DNA from: Thermoproteota archaeon
GTDB taxonomy: Archaea > Korarchaeota > Korarchaeia > Korarchaeales > Korarchaeaceae
NCBI GenBank assembly: GCA_026986575.1
Contig: JALSOH010000001.1
Coordinates: forward strand, 1 to 56,775
Length of the DNA stretch: 56,775 nt
Direction: 5' to 3'
Below the pieces are notes generated by a model that was not told the origin of the DNA, searched no databases, and saw nothing but the letters and a program-made list of their open reading frames with translations. Positions 30,663 through 39,078 of the stretch are shown here, one piece after another. Within the stretch, counting starts at the first letter, position 1; every line of letters begins with the position of its first letter. Made by a program: the position numbers and the translations under genes.

Positions 30663-31074
30663 CGTCATCCTCGCGTTCCTGGCTGGTCAAGACGAGAGGG
30701 CTTATAGTGTTATTGAAGAGATAGAAAACCATAGGGCCACAGGCTTCATCAACGCTATAGTAGTAGATGAGGTTATCCATGGGTACCTAAGACTCGCATC
30801 AGGGCTCAGCTCAAAACGAATAAGACAACTATTAACGAAAAGGGACAAGAAACTCATCGAACTAATAAGCAATGACGTGGAGCCAGTTCTGGGGCTATTC
30901 ATAACCCTATCAATCGCATTATTCCCTGACGAAATAATCAGTACCATTGAAGAATATGGGCTCATGCCAGCCGACTCCGTAATAGCATTAACATGCAAAC
31001 ACCATGGAATAAACATCATAGCGACATTCGATGAAGACTTTAAGCGTGTTCCATGGCTCAAAGTAGTCCCTTAG
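30640..31074 (+). CDS. vapC: VapC PIN-domain toxin
   Basis: FADSSVI..DE..YGLMPADSVIALTC..IATFDEDFKRV. Confidence 0.9.
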   Translation: MKIFADSSVILAFLAGQDERAYSVIEEIENHRATGFINAIVVDEVIHGYLRLASGLSSKRIRQLLTKRDKKLIELISNDVEPVLGLFITLSIALFPDEIISTIEEYGLMPADSVIALTCKHHGINIIATFDEDFKRVPWLKVVP

Positions 31075-31444
31075 ACCAACTTTAGCTAATTTGGCTCCGA
31101 GCTAGAATTCTTTAGAGTAGACCTTGGATAGCCGGGAGGGCTTACGGGATGAGGTTGTGCAATAAACGCTTTCTGTATGTCATAGTAGCGTGGTTTTGGA
31201 TGTTTATTGGTTTTGGCGTCACTAGCTTTTCATTAGCTCGTATCAAAGGTGTAGAGTTCACCTTTGAGCATATTATCAACCTTATAGTAGTGACCCCTAC
31301 TTAGCAGTTTACGGTGAGATAGCTAGTGTGGGGGGATTACCTCTTCTCATCTCTATCTTATGTGGAGACGGTTTCACAATGTATGGTTTTAGGAGAAAAG
31401 GAATGCGCGTGTGTGAAGCTATATATGACATGAGGTGCGGGAGA

Positions 31445-31645
31445 TTGTCCAAGATTGTTAGAGTGAGATATGAAAAGGGGGGTCTTAAGCCTTTAGAGAA
31501 GCTAGACCTTCCTGAGGGCGAAGTATTGATTGTGAAGTTTATTAGAGCACGACTAGCGGAGAAAGTGTTTGGCTCCATAAAAGTTGATAAGGAGGCTCTC
31601 GAGCACATTCTGAGGGAAGCTGAAGATGAGTTCGGTGTTTATTGA
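31445..31645 (+). CDS. DUF104/AF2212-like antitoxin
   Basis: TTG start, SKIVRVRYEKGGLKPLEKLDLPEGE. Confidence 0.8.
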   Translation: MSKIVRVRYEKGGLKPLEKLDLPEGEVLIVKFIRARLAEKVFGSIKVDKEALEHILREAEDEFGVY

Positions 31646-31875
31646 CAGTAATGTAGTGATTAGATATTTTGCTGGCGATAGAGTGGCTAAGAGTCTCTTA
31701 GAACCGCGCGATTATATGAGAAGGATATAGCTAGCTTAGGCCAGGCCCGTAGGATAGCAAGATTATCCGAATAGGACTTTCTAGATCTACTAGCAAGGGA
31801 AGGAATACCAATACATTACGGCGAGGAAGAGTTGAGGGAGGATCTGAAGTTCGCCAAGAGGCTTGCAGGGAAATG
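31626..31875 (+). pseudogene. Truncated PIN 5' end fused to a UPF0175 remnant
   Basis: MSSVFIDSNVVIRYFAGD.. abuts RLYEKDIASLGQARRIA.LSE*DFLDLLAREGIPIHYGEEELRED. Confidence 0.65.
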
Positions 31876-32241
31876 CGCACGCGGGAAAAATTCTTCAGAC
31901 TTCTCTATAAGCACTATTTCAATGAAATTCGCAAAATGAAAATAGATTTTACCAAAAGAGGTGATATCTGTGGAAAATGATAATAAAAAACGTGGTGCTG
32001 ACTACATCATCTTGAACAAATTACCTGTTACCATTATACATTTACGCATAGTCCCAACACAGTATATCTACCGAGTAAAGGATCTAAATGTGCTTGGAAT
32101 AATGAGAGGTATCCTATCAGCGTGTTTATTATATTCAATCGCGCGATCTATGAAGGTGACTCAGTACGTGTGGAGAAATAACTCCATCGATAGATTCCTT
32201 CTCAATAGCCTTTGCAATAACCTTGAAACGTTAAGAGTGAC

Positions 32242-32949
32242 TTAAATCTTGAAACCCTTCGCTACCTGAGTAAATAGAATTAATAAGAGATTGGGCATCA
32301 CTGTAGCGACTAAGATCTTAAGATTGCTTACTTCACGCTTACTGATTAACCTGAATCCAAGAGCGTACAGAGAGACAGCTAGTACTTCAGTCCCCTTTCC
32401 GACTACTGGGAGCATATCTTGGGGGAGAGGGATCGAATACATTATGAGGTAAAGTATGTAGACCATGTACGCAATGGAGTTTACTTGGAAAAGGTTGCTG
32501 AGGCTCAAGTCCACCAGTAGGGAAAGAGCAATTAAGTATTCTACGAAGGTGATTAGAACGAGCCCCCCGAACTGGCTCAGAAAGCTCGTTAATATGAGTA
32601 GAATTGTAACCAGCTGTGGTGGAGGAGTAGCTGTCGAATGCGATAGAAGATGCGATTCGAAGTAAGAGACAGCACTGAGGGAGACTAAAGTGCTTACTGC
32701 GGCAGCTAGGGCGAGGGCGGATGTAGTCCCATAGCTTAGTCTCATTATCCTGCCATTCGAAGGTCTCTCATATTTTATTACTACACACACCAAACTTGCT
32801 GCAAGTCCTACGATCAGAGATGATATCTCTGCAATCCCGGGATCTATGAGAGCACCTGAGTAAAGCAGGAGGAAGTAAGTAGTGATCGAAATAGCGAGGA
32901 GCACGAGATATGGAATATAGTCTTGAGGCTTACCTAAGATGAGGAGCAA
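32242..32949 (-). CDS. Polytopic membrane protein (possibly Yip1-like), last gene of the candidate bacteriocin operon
   Basis: About 7 hydrophobic segments; overlaps the SpoIIM gene by 16 nt. Confidence 0.65.
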   Translation of the reverse strand: MLLILGKPQDYIPYLVLLAISITTYFLLLYSGALIDPGIAEISSLIVGLAASLVCVVIKYERPSNGRIMRLSYGTTSALALAAAVSTLVSLSAVSYFESHLLSHSTATPPPQLVTILLILTSFLSQFGGLVLITFVEYLIALSLLVDLSLSNLFQVNSIAYMVYILYLIMYSIPLPQDMLPVVGKGTEVLAVSLYALGFRLISKREVSNLKILVATVMPNLLLILFTQVAKGFKI

Positions 32950-33503
32950 CCTAGTACACCTGGTGTGATGAACGTTTCAATGCAGCACGCTAATAGAAGC
33001 AGTGAATAGGCCATAATTAGGAGTCTAACCGATAATTCTATCTCCCAGTGATCTGTTCCGCTTCCGTAATGCTTCTCTCCACCTCTACTTATTAGCCTCT
33101 TGAGGAGGACTCCACTCATCCTGCGGGATATATCTGAAGACAAGATGAACGAAGAGATCTCCGGTATGCCGTGGGGGACAACACCCGCCAACAATCTACT
33201 GAGTCCAGATCCTGCTATGGTATATCCATGGTTCACCCCTTGGGCGAACAAGATTAGATAGGATAGGAAACCGTAGGATATAATACCTGAAATAAATATT
33301 GCCATGAAGATGGAGGTATTGGCCTCTAGAATCATAATAGCATTGGCTTTCCTACAGTAGAGGTGGGATGTTGGTCCTTTATGCGTGGCGATCCCAAAAA
33401 TCAGACCTAAGATATAAAAGAGAGCGGGGAGGATGGTCCATTTTGAAACGAGCTTCTCTTGTAAATCTTTGCGAGTGTTTCCTAAGTTTAGTACTCTAAG
33501 CAT
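32934..33503 (-). CDS. SpoIIM / DUF95 family membrane protein
   Basis: I..AN..I, QG..G, hallmark PHGIPEI, C-terminal LLLACCIETFITP. Confidence 0.85.
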   Translation of the reverse strand: MLRVLNLGNTRKDLQEKLVSKWTILPALFYILGLIFGIATHKGPTSHLYCRKANAIMILEANTSIFMAIFISGIISYGFLSYLILFAQGVNHGYTIAGSGLSRLLAGVVPHGIPEISSFILSSDISRRMSGVLLKRLISRGGEKHYGSGTDHWEIELSVRLLIMAYSLLLLACCIETFITPGVLGCSSS

Positions 33504-33714
33504 ATCCCTTCACCTTGCCAGATCGGGCTTTCCTTTTACTTATCAGAAGCGTTACACCTGAGTAGGAGAATCCAACGATCAACCAGACAGCTGTGAGGAG
33601 GATGTCTCTATTTAAGGCGTAGACTACCGCGAGAATAAAGATCAGGGAAGGGAACAGTACGAACAGCAGAAGCTTCTTTATTGCACTAGAAAAATTCGAG
33701 AGGTGTATGGTCAT
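33496..33714 (-). CDS. Small 2-TM protein with cationic tail (candidate immunity protein)
   Basis: MTIHLSNFSSAIKKLLLFVLF..LLISKRKARSGKVKGYA; alternative ATG at 33732 overlaps the precursor stop; 3' end overlaps the SpoIIM start. Confidence 0.65.
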   Translation of the reverse strand: MTIHLSNFSSAIKKLLLFVLFPSLIFILAVVYALNRDILLTAVWLIVGFSYSGVTLLISKRKARSGKVKGYA

Positions 33715-33728
33715 GGCCCCCCTAAAGT

Positions 33729-33980
33729 TCATAGTGAGGCGGTCACCCAGATCGCAGTCCATGCAAGCATCTGCCAGCCGCACCAAGAGGTCATTGCCAG
33801 CCCCCAGTACCACTCTAGATAGTGCGCAGCCAATCCTCCTACAGCAGCTCCTGCTCCAAGAGATGCCACCGCGTTTCTACTGTAATAATACGTCACCTTT
33901 GATGGACTCTCAGCGAGCAGAACTGGAGAGATCATTATTAGAACGGCCAGAAAGAGGGGAGATATACGAAATCTTCTCAT
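33729..33980 (-). CDS. Candidate bacteriocin/archaeocin precursor peptide (83 aa)
   Basis: GGTGAGG RBS before ATG 33980; signal-like MRRFRISPLFLAVLIMISPVLLA, then ASLGAGAAVGGLAA and a 6-Trp hydrophobic C-terminus; first gene of the SpoIIM operon. Confidence 0.65.
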   Translation of the reverse strand: MRRFRISPLFLAVLIMISPVLLAESPSKVTYYYSRNAVASLGAGAAVGGLAAHYLEWYWGLAMTSWCGWQMLAWTAIWVTASL

Positions 33981-34015
33981 ATACCTCACCTCTATTAAGG
34001 TTAATAATGCTACGC

Positions 34016-34031
34016 ATATATTTAAATTTTT
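34016..34031 (-). promoter_or_regulatory. BRE/TATA promoter of the candidate bacteriocin operon
   Basis: Minus strand AAAAATTTAAATATAT about 40 nt upstream of ATG 33980. Confidence 0.6.
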
Positions 34032-34127
34032 GTTCCATGCACCAGGTATGAAAGGATTATCCTATCCCATTAAGTCCTCTGAACATTACAGGAAACGATT
34101 AATACCTAGAAAGGGCCTCCAATCAAG

Positions 34128-34499
34128 ATGGTTAAAAGGGATGAGTATCTATATCTATTGAGAAGATCTGAAGAATTTCATGAGATAGTTCTGATGAAAA
34201 CAGACAAAGGTTTTCTAGGATCAGCTGTTTTGAACTTGGAATAATCATTACAGCTATTCTTAAAGGCGAAATTACCGGAAAGTGGAGTAGACTATCCTCG
34301 AACCCATAGTGTGCGTAGACTCCTAGAGCTCCTAGCAGAGATCATGAGCGCACCCCTCTCACAAAGGATCAATCGACTAATAGGTGATTACTCGCTGGAA
34401 TTAGCGTTGCTGGAAGATACTTACATCACCTTCAGATATGTACCTAAGGAATTCCGTAAAGATGAGGTCCTAAAGCTAAAGAGAGCCGTGGTGGCATAG
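34128..34499 (+). pseudogene. HEPN-domain gene with internal stop, 3' end truncated
   Basis: MVKRDEY..AVLNLE*SLQLFLKAKL..DYPRTHSVRRLL..LEDTYITFRY. Confidence 0.75.
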
Positions 34500-34810
34500 T
34501 GGGAATCGAAGAAAGAGAGCCCGAATTCCTGCCTGAGCCTGACACTGGTTATGACAATTTCAGGAGTGAGTGAGATGAAACCTACGTTTGGGAGCGAGAG
34601 GAGAGCCGACATCACTTTGAGAAGTTCCTCCTCCAGCTTTTGAGATTTGTATATGAACTCCAACTCCAACAGGGTCACTCCAGAGATATCTAGCTTCAAA
34701 TTACCTTTCTTCAGTTTGTGGAATATCCTCTCGGCGACTTGGTGGTTCTCGTCGTTCTCATTCATATGGGCGAAGATCACGTTATTCTCTATGAGAACCA
34801 CGATTCTCAA
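34421..34810 (-). pseudogene. vapC: Copy of vapC (26326..26742), C-terminally truncated and running into HEPN antisense sequence
   Basis: Near-identical to the first copy up to FFDSHYATTAL; lacks IISFD. Confidence 0.8.
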
Positions 34811-35030
34811 CCTCCCGCTCTGCTAAAATCTCGGCCTCTCTCCTCAGCTCCTTGAAGGACCTTTTTGTGGTGAAGGATCCCTCGAGCACTTTGAAAGGAT
34901 CTTCCGGAATAGGAACTACTTCTATCCTATCGCCTAAATTTATTAGGAGCACCTTCATTCCTCTGAGGATCCTCCTCATTCGCTTCGGAATGGTGATCCT
35001 GCCCTTCTCATCGAGTTCCACTATATTCAC
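34782..35030 (-). CDS. vapB: AbrB/MazE-type antitoxin, copy of 26742..26972
   Basis: GTG start, NIVELDEKGRITIPKRMRRILRG. Confidence 0.8.
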   Translation of the reverse strand: MNIVELDEKGRITIPKRMRRILRGMKVLLINLGDRIEVVPIPEDPFKVLEGSFTTKRSFKELRREAEILAEREVENRGSHRE

Positions 35031-35214
35031 AGTGGAAAGGAGAGGAGAAGTGGGAGCATAAAAATGTAGACTGGAATTGGCGGGCCGGGCCTCGATGATA
35101 AGGCACAGGCGCTCGCTCTGAACCTGAAATGGGCCCATGAGCTCGATGCTCGCGCGAGTTTAACTGGTCTCTCTAGTGGTTCGCATCGCACTTAACAGCT
35201 GGGTCAGAGATTAA

Positions 35215-35485
35215 GTAACTCGAAACTAGATAGTCAAACTGCTTCTCTCCTCACGAACTCGGCCAGATCCACCGTCTCAAATCCACCCATCCTTCTTCCC
35301 GCACTCTTCGAATTTCTCCTCAACATTCATGGCATTACGGATCTCAGGGAGAATACATTTGGTCCCTCTGTATAGAGGGACTTTCAGAACTTTCATTTCT
35401 ACTCTTGGCCAGCCCTAGCCTTACCATTTTCTCGGCTATGGCTGGAATCCTGTGGCTCACCCTCACACTGACAACCTCGACATGT
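35215..35485 (-). pseudogene. Decayed copy of antitoxin 27587..27850 and the first codons of its PIN partner
   Basis: Shares ctcacgaactcggccagatccacc, ctactcttggccagccctagcct and accattttctcggctatggc with the first copy; several indels. Confidence 0.8.
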
Positions 35486-35552
35486 GCGCTATCTCCCAAA
35501 TTAATACTAAAATTTAGCCGTGATAGGATGTAACGAGAATGGAGATGAAGGC

Positions 35553-35867
35553 ATGCTGAAGGAAATTCTATTTTACTTTCTTTTCATAATACCGTTAGTC
35601 GTGTACTTCTCAGGGATATACAGGGCCAAAACTCAAAGGATGATGCTATCGATAGCAGCCTTTGTACTCGTTTCTACCTTCATCATACTGTTCGAAGAAA
35701 TCCCGGCACCCGCGCGATGGATACTACTTAGCGTGATCTTACTGACGCTTCTCTATCACCTAATCGTCCCGATACTGTTGAAAACGGGGGTGATAAAAGG
35801 GATGGATAGGTCGACTCCGCCCGCGCGGGAGATGTCTCCGGGGTCCTCAAATATACAGACCGGTTGA
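35553..35867 (+). CDS. Small 3-TM hypothetical membrane protein
   Basis: Hydrophobic ORF. Confidence 0.55.
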   Translation: MLKEILFYFLFIIPLVVYFSGIYRAKTQRMMLSIAAFVLVSTFIILFEEIPAPARWILLSVILLTLLYHLIVPILLKTGVIKGMDRSTPPAREMSPGSSNIQTG

Positions 35868-35952
35868 GATCAGTGAAGATCGGATAAACGCTCAGCACTC
35901 AGAGGACCACTGATGATATAAAGAATGGGAGAAACCAGCCTTGGGGTGTCTC

Positions 35953-36462
35953 ATGCCCTCAAACGACAGTGAACTAAAGCTCCTGTACAGGGGCAGGGTT
36001 GTCACTCTTGAGGTGAGGGAGGTCGACGGCAGGATCCGGGAGGTGGTGGGCCACCGTGGTTCGGTATCCATCCTCCCTGTAGATGGGGACAGGGTCTTCC
36101 TGATTAGACAGTATCGCTACCCTCTGGACGATTACATATGGGAGATCCCCGCAGGCACCCTCGAGGAAGGAGAATCACCCGAGGAGTGCGCTATCAGGGA
36201 GCTGGAGGAGGAGACCGGCTTGAAGGCGGGGAAGATAGAGAAGATGTTCGAGGCTTACTTGGTTCCGGGTTACGGGACTGAGAAGATGCACTTCTTCCTA
36301 GCCACGGAGCTCTCGAGGGGGAAGATGCACCCCGAACCCTCGGAGAGGATAGAGGTCCATGAGCTTCCCGTGAGTAGAGCCATCGACATGATCAGGAGCA
36401 ACGAGATCTCCGATGTGAAAACCATAGCCGCCCTCTTGTGGTACTGGGGGATGAGGGGATGA
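35953..36462 (+). CDS. NUDIX hydrolase (ADP-ribose pyrophosphatase-like)
   Basis: LIRQYRYP..WEIPAGTLEEGE..CAIRELEEETG Nudix box. Confidence 0.92.
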   Translation: MPSNDSELKLLYRGRVVTLEVREVDGRIREVVGHRGSVSILPVDGDRVFLIRQYRYPLDDYIWEIPAGTLEEGESPEECAIRELEEETGLKAGKIEKMFEAYLVPGYGTEKMHFFLATELSRGKMHPEPSERIEVHELPVSRAIDMIRSNEISDVKTIAALLWYWGMRG

Positions 36463-37814
36463 GGGAAAACACCTTGAACTTCATGGTCCGCAGGCTGCCT
36501 AACGATCTGGAGGTCTTGGTAAGGGAAGGGAGACATTCGGAGGCAAAGCGAAGAATAAAAGAGCTTCTCAAATCTGCTGAAGGAAGGTACAGAAAGAGGT
36601 TGGAGTTCGAGATGGACAGGCTGAGGAGGTGGCCACTCCAATACCCATACGGTGAGGAGGGGGCCTACAAGGTAGCGGCCGAGAGGGTCGAAGGGCTGAC
36701 TCCTGAAGAGTTCAAGCGCCTGCTCTCATCAGGATGCGTCGATTACATAAGGCTAGATGGCGAGATCAGGATCTTCGAGAGGTTCCTCCCCAACATGGTC
36801 TGGCTATGTCCCGAGCTTAAAGGGAGGTATAAGGAGGAGAACGGCACCAAGGCGAAAGCCAGGGAGGCGTTGAAGGAGAGGGCAGTGGAGGTGTTGAAGG
36901 GAGAAGCTACCCCCCTGATATTTAGAGTGAGGGCGGAATTGCGGGTTAAGGGAGATGCCGTCCCTAGAGGTGAGAGAGTGAGGATATGGCTCCCCATACC
37001 TAGGATAAGCTCCCTCCATCCTAAGGTGAGGGTGCTGTCCCACAGCGGTGAGCCCTACATTTCCAGCGAGGACCACCCCCAGAGGACGGCCTACTTCGAG
37101 GTGACCAGCTCTGAAGATGGGACCAAGGTCTGGTTGGAGTACGAAGTCGAGGCTGTACCCCGGGCACCTGATTCACGGGAGATAAATGAGCTGGACGGGA
37201 AGCCTCAACCCCACCATCTGGAGGAGGGGATACCTCATATCACCTTCTTCGAGGAGTTGAGGGATTTGGTCAACTCTCTGATAGCAGATATTGACGATCC
37301 GCTCGCGAGGGCGAGGAGGATCTGGGACTGGGTCATCGACAACATCGCCTACACCTACGTCCACGACTACGCTCTCTTCGACGACATAAGCCGGTTCATC
37401 TTCCAAAGGAGGAGAGGCGATTGCGGAGTTCAAGCGATCCTTCTTATAACGATGCTCCGAATAGCTGGAATCTCTGCGAGGTGGCAGTCGGGGTGGTACG
37501 CGAACCCAGTCAGGTGGGGAATGCACGACTGGGCCCAGCTCTACATCGAACCCCTCGACTGGATCTACATGGATCCCAGCTTCGGTCATCCCAGAGAGGG
37601 GGAGGAGTGGAGGAGGGACTTTTACTTCGGGGGGATAGAGGGCTACAGGCTAGCGTTCAACTCCGAGGTGAACTACCCTTTCGACCCGCCCAAGGAGCAC
37701 TTCAGGTCTGATCCCGTTGATAATCAAAGGGGTGAGGCCGAGTGGGACGGTGGGAACTTGTACTACGATGTGGTGGACACGAGGCTGGAGATACTGGATG
37801 TCAGGCGGCCCTGA
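36459..37814 (+). CDS. Transglutaminase-like domain protein
   Basis: GDCGVQA, GMHDWAQ, DPSFG (Cys-His-Asp triad region). Confidence 0.88.
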   Translation: MRENTLNFMVRRLPNDLEVLVREGRHSEAKRRIKELLKSAEGRYRKRLEFEMDRLRRWPLQYPYGEEGAYKVAAERVEGLTPEEFKRLLSSGCVDYIRLDGEIRIFERFLPNMVWLCPELKGRYKEENGTKAKAREALKERAVEVLKGEATPLIFRVRAELRVKGDAVPRGERVRIWLPIPRISSLHPKVRVLSHSGEPYISSEDHPQRTAYFEVTSSEDGTKVWLEYEVEAVPRAPDSREINELDGKPQPHHLEEGIPHITFFEELRDLVNSLIADIDDPLARARRIWDWVIDNIAYTYVHDYALFDDISRFIFQRRRGDCGVQAILLITMLRIAGISARWQSGWYANPVRWGMHDWAQLYIEPLDWIYMDPSFGHPREGEEWRRDFYFGGIEGYRLAFNSEVNYPFDPPKEHFRSDPVDNQRGEAEWDGGNLYYDVVDTRLEILDVRRP

Positions 37815-37861
37815 TGCTGGTCCCCGACAGTATCTATTTATTGATATCATGATATCAATTC

Positions 37862-38086
37862 ATGATGTCATCGCAGGTGCTCGTGAGGCTGGATAAATCC
37901 TTAGCTGAGGAACTGGACAGGATGGCCAAGTCCTTGGGTATGAGCAGGGCTGAACTGGTCAGAATAGCCCTCAGACACTTCTTAAGGACGGGAAGAGGCG
38001 ATCTAAAGACGAAGCAGATCAGGGGATTGATCAGATCCAAGTTGAGCCTGGAGGAGTTGGAGGAGATATATCAGGTGGGCAGATGA
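37862..38086 (+). CDS. vapB: CopG/RHH antitoxin
   Basis: VRLDKSLAEELDRMAKSLGMSRAELVRIAL. Confidence 0.85.
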   Translation: MMSSQVLVRLDKSLAEELDRMAKSLGMSRAELVRIALRHFLRTGRGDLKTKQIRGLIRSKLSLEELEEIYQVGR

Positions 38087-38547
38087 GCGCCCTCATCGAC
38101 TCATCAATATTTCTTCATCTGCTGCTTGACGGTGATAGGGCCGATGAAGCCGAGGTTCTCCTCAGCTCAGTCGAGGAAGGGGCCTTAAGGGCTTATACCA
38201 CCACTCATGTCCTCGAGGAGGTGTCTTTCAAACTGTTGCTGGGTAAGGGTAGCGAGTTGGGGGAGACCAGCTTCTGGGGCTTCAAGAAGAGATTCGCTAA
38301 GGATAAAGAGTTCAGAAAATCATGTTTGGAGGCATTAGAGACCTTCAGAGACTATATCTCCTCTTTAAGAGGTCTGACGATAGAGGAAGTTACTTTGGGA
38401 GATTGGGAGAGGTCAGTGGAGATCTGCAGACACGGCTTGCTCACCTCGGACGCCCTCCTCGCGGCCGTCGCCTTGAGGCTCAAGGTGCCCGTCTATACCT
38501 TCGATCATGATTTCAAGAGGGTCCCGGGATTAGAGGTGAGGCCCTGA
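38083..38547 (+). CDS. vapC: VapC PIN-domain toxin
   Basis: LIDSSIF..LEEV..GLLTSDALLAA..YTFDHDFKRV. Confidence 0.9.
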   Translation: MSALIDSSIFLHLLLDGDRADEAEVLLSSVEEGALRAYTTTHVLEEVSFKLLLGKGSELGETSFWGFKKRFAKDKEFRKSCLEALETFRDYISSLRGLTIEEVTLGDWERSVEICRHGLLTSDALLAAVALRLKVPVYTFDHDFKRVPGLEVRP

Positions 38548-38821
38548 TACTGGAAAGCGGGTGAGAGACCGGAGATTGGGTGAATAGGTATCGACAACTC
38601 CCAATATACCTCTTTACGGTAAAGTCCGTTTCACCCGTGACCCCTCGGAGCGTGATTGAGCTGGGGCCTCTTCGTGAGCCCGGATGTGGAACGGGATTCT
38701 GCTGGCTCGTTCAAGCGGAGTACCCATTTATCTCGAGCTGTTGGATGGGCACTACGCGCTAATCCGACTCTCTAGACGGATACCCTGATATTAAAGCTCT
38801 AGTTGGTGTCGATGGCTCAGG

Positions 38822-39043
38822 ATGAGGATCATAACGATAAAGTGCGCCAAGTGCGGCAGTAAGGTGCTTAAATACCAGAAAATGGGGAAGGGGAGGCTAT
38901 GGAGGTGCTGGAAAGGGAGAATAATCGAGGACCGCAGTGTGCGTCAGGGAGATGTAGTCAAGTGCACCTGCGGGAACGTCATAGGCTTTGACAAGGGCGG
39001 ATACATCAGGATGAGGCAGAGTTCCTTCACTCTATCATCGTGA
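38822..39043 (+). CDS. Small zinc-ribbon protein
   Basis: CAKC..KYQKMGKG.L.RC..CTCG. Confidence 0.75.
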   Translation: MRIITIKCAKCGSKVLKYQKMGKGRLWRCWKGRIIEDRSVRQGDVVKCTCGNVIGFDKGGYIRMRQSSFTLSS

Positions 39044-39078
39044 GTTATAGTAAGGAGGGAGTTGCGGCTTCGAACTCG

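Noticed and set aside
31961-32245. 94-aa plus-strand ORF downstream of the bacteriocin-like operon, checked as a possible ABC ATPase relic
   Set aside because: No Walker or signature motifs on either strand; coding status unsupported
33707-34051. 114-aa plus-strand ORF, and the 105-aa extension of the 33496 ORF to 33813
   Set aside because: Both overlap the precursor gene, which has the clear RBS and promoter; the extra sequence has no recognisable features
38580-38762. 60-aa ORF with EPGCGTG resembling a methyltransferase motif I
   Set aside because: Isolated short motif with no other support; at most a tiny relic
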